DNA of 54,758 nucleotides from a virus (Duplodnaviria; Caudoviricetes): IMG/VR virus record IMGVR_UViG_3300005534_000017, positions 1 to 54,758 of that record; one strand, 5' to 3'. Shown piece by piece: positions 53,845 to 54,758 of this stretch (position 1 is its first letter; each line of letters starts with the position of its first letter). The notes under the pieces were generated by a model. It saw only the letters and a program-made list of their open reading frames with translations, ran no database searches and was not told where the DNA came from. The position numbers and the translations under genes were made by a program.

Positions 53845-54758
53845 TATTTAACCCTCTTTTTCTTAATTGAAGCCAAGCCCGATTTCATATTTAATTCATT
53901 TGAAACACTACCGCCTTTTTTAAATAAACCACGACCACCCGATGCTCTATTTAAACCGTATAATTGACCTGCCAATTGACCAATTTGACCAGAACGATTC
54001 AATTGTTGCTCTGGTTGTTGATGAAGATATTGCATTCCTTGGCTTGAATAAGGCGTTCCTGCAACCGCACCATAAAGGTTAGAAATTTGTTGCCAGGGAT
54101 ATTCTCTTTGTTGTAAAAAGTCTGAATATCCGGTTGCCAAATTTTCTTGTCTTATTCCTCTTGCTCTTTCACCCGAACTTTCTAGTGCGGCAATATCAGC
54201 CAAATGTCCGGCTTGCCTTTGCTGTCCAAGAGCTGCCATTTGACGAGCTGCTTCCATTTGACGAGCCATATCGGTTGCATGTAATTGACCTGCTTGTTGA
54301 TACCCTGATGCGAGCGCTTGTTGCTGCCTATCGGCTATTGCTTGCTGAACATCACGAGCTGCACGCTCTGTCAATTTTCGATGCATCCCACCACCATAGG
54401 TTCCACCACGAACAAAAGTAGACTCAAGACCTGGGCGAATTCCTTCATTAAATGTTCTTAATCCCTCTGTTCTTAATCTATCTAAAACAGCTTGCATGTA
54501 GGGATTCATATAAGCTTGGAAATTTTGAGTAAAGGGAGTAGCAGCTTGTGCAAATCCTTGTTCAGCTGATTGTAAATAAGGTAAATAAACGCCTTCTCGC
54601 CTTGATAATTCTTCCGCCCTTCTCAAATCTGGCGTCATTTCGGCAACACGAGGACCTGTAAAAGGCGCATATGGAGCTTGAGATAATTGTTGAGAACGTT
54701 CTAACATTCCACGAGAAATTGCTTCATACCATGGTGGAAGTTGATTAAGATGAATACT
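53844..54758 (-). CDS. DNA-transfer/ejection protein (starts at position 24 across the junction)
   Basis: PY.PF.GPRVA, YMNPY.Q.V, G.YGG and Y.DFL.QR.YPWQQ motifs; the frame is open to the window end. Confidence 0.75.
   Translation of the reverse strand, partial: SIHLNQLPPWYEAISRGMLERSQQLSQAPYAPFTGPRVAEMTPDLRRAEELSRREGVYLPYLQSAEQGFAQAATPFTQNFQAYMNPYMQAVLDRLRTEGLRTFNEGIRPGLESTFVRGGTYGGGMHRKLTERAARDVQQAIADRQQQALASGYQQAGQLHATDMARQMEAARQMAALGQQRQAGHLADIAALESSGERARGIRQENLATGYSDFLQQREYPWQQISNLYGAVAGTPYSSQGMQYLHQQPEQQLNRSGQIGQLAGQLYGLNRASGGRGLFKKGGSVSNELNMKSGLASIKKKRVK

Larger units (their letters stand above)
1..54758. mobile_element. Complete circular(ly permuted) tailed-phage genome, podovirus-like, possibly a phage-plasmid
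   Basis: Terminase, portal, scaffold, major capsid, tail, lysis and replication genes are all present. The ends overlap by 9 bp and a gene reads through the junction. No bacterial housekeeping genes were seen. Confidence 0.95.

Overview
This is an essentially complete, circularly permuted ~54.7 kb dsDNA phage genome. A 9-bp terminal overlap (ATGAATACT) closes the circle in frame through an ejection-protein gene. The architecture is podovirus-like (HTVC010P-type head module). One long minus-strand late region runs 27327->1/54758->47390 and encodes terminase, portal, GroES-like protein, scaffold, capsid, tail adaptor/nozzle, six to seven adhesin-like fibre proteins and ejection proteins. An AT-rich accessory/early region (27.4-47.4 kb) holds many small ORFs, csrA, a replication initiator with iterons, an Acb2-like sponge, a recombinase and SSB, lysis genes and an outer-membrane beta-barrel. 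I recognised no integrase. Main observations: (1) the phage encodes CsrA, and at least 13 late-gene start regions present GGA in hairpin loops, many matching the (A/U)CANGGANG(U/A) consensus, with a candidate GGA-loop sRNA, which suggests a phage Csr post-transcriptional late-gene switch; (2) terL is fractured by a naturally split intein (IntN 95 aa, IntC 39 aa) with a free-standing HNH gene between the halves; (3) a tandem pseudoknot-like RNA motif with covarying stems lies in the capsid-operon leader; (4) rep has plasmid-type antisense control (UUGGCG loop), and with HigBA and a KfrA-like gene this suggests a phage-plasmid; (5) a repeat-punctuated mini-ORF array sits next to a direct-repeat-flanked acb2. 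The host is tentatively an AT-rich gammaproteobacterium, possibly Legionellales. All family assignments come from motif recognition by eye; no database search was run.
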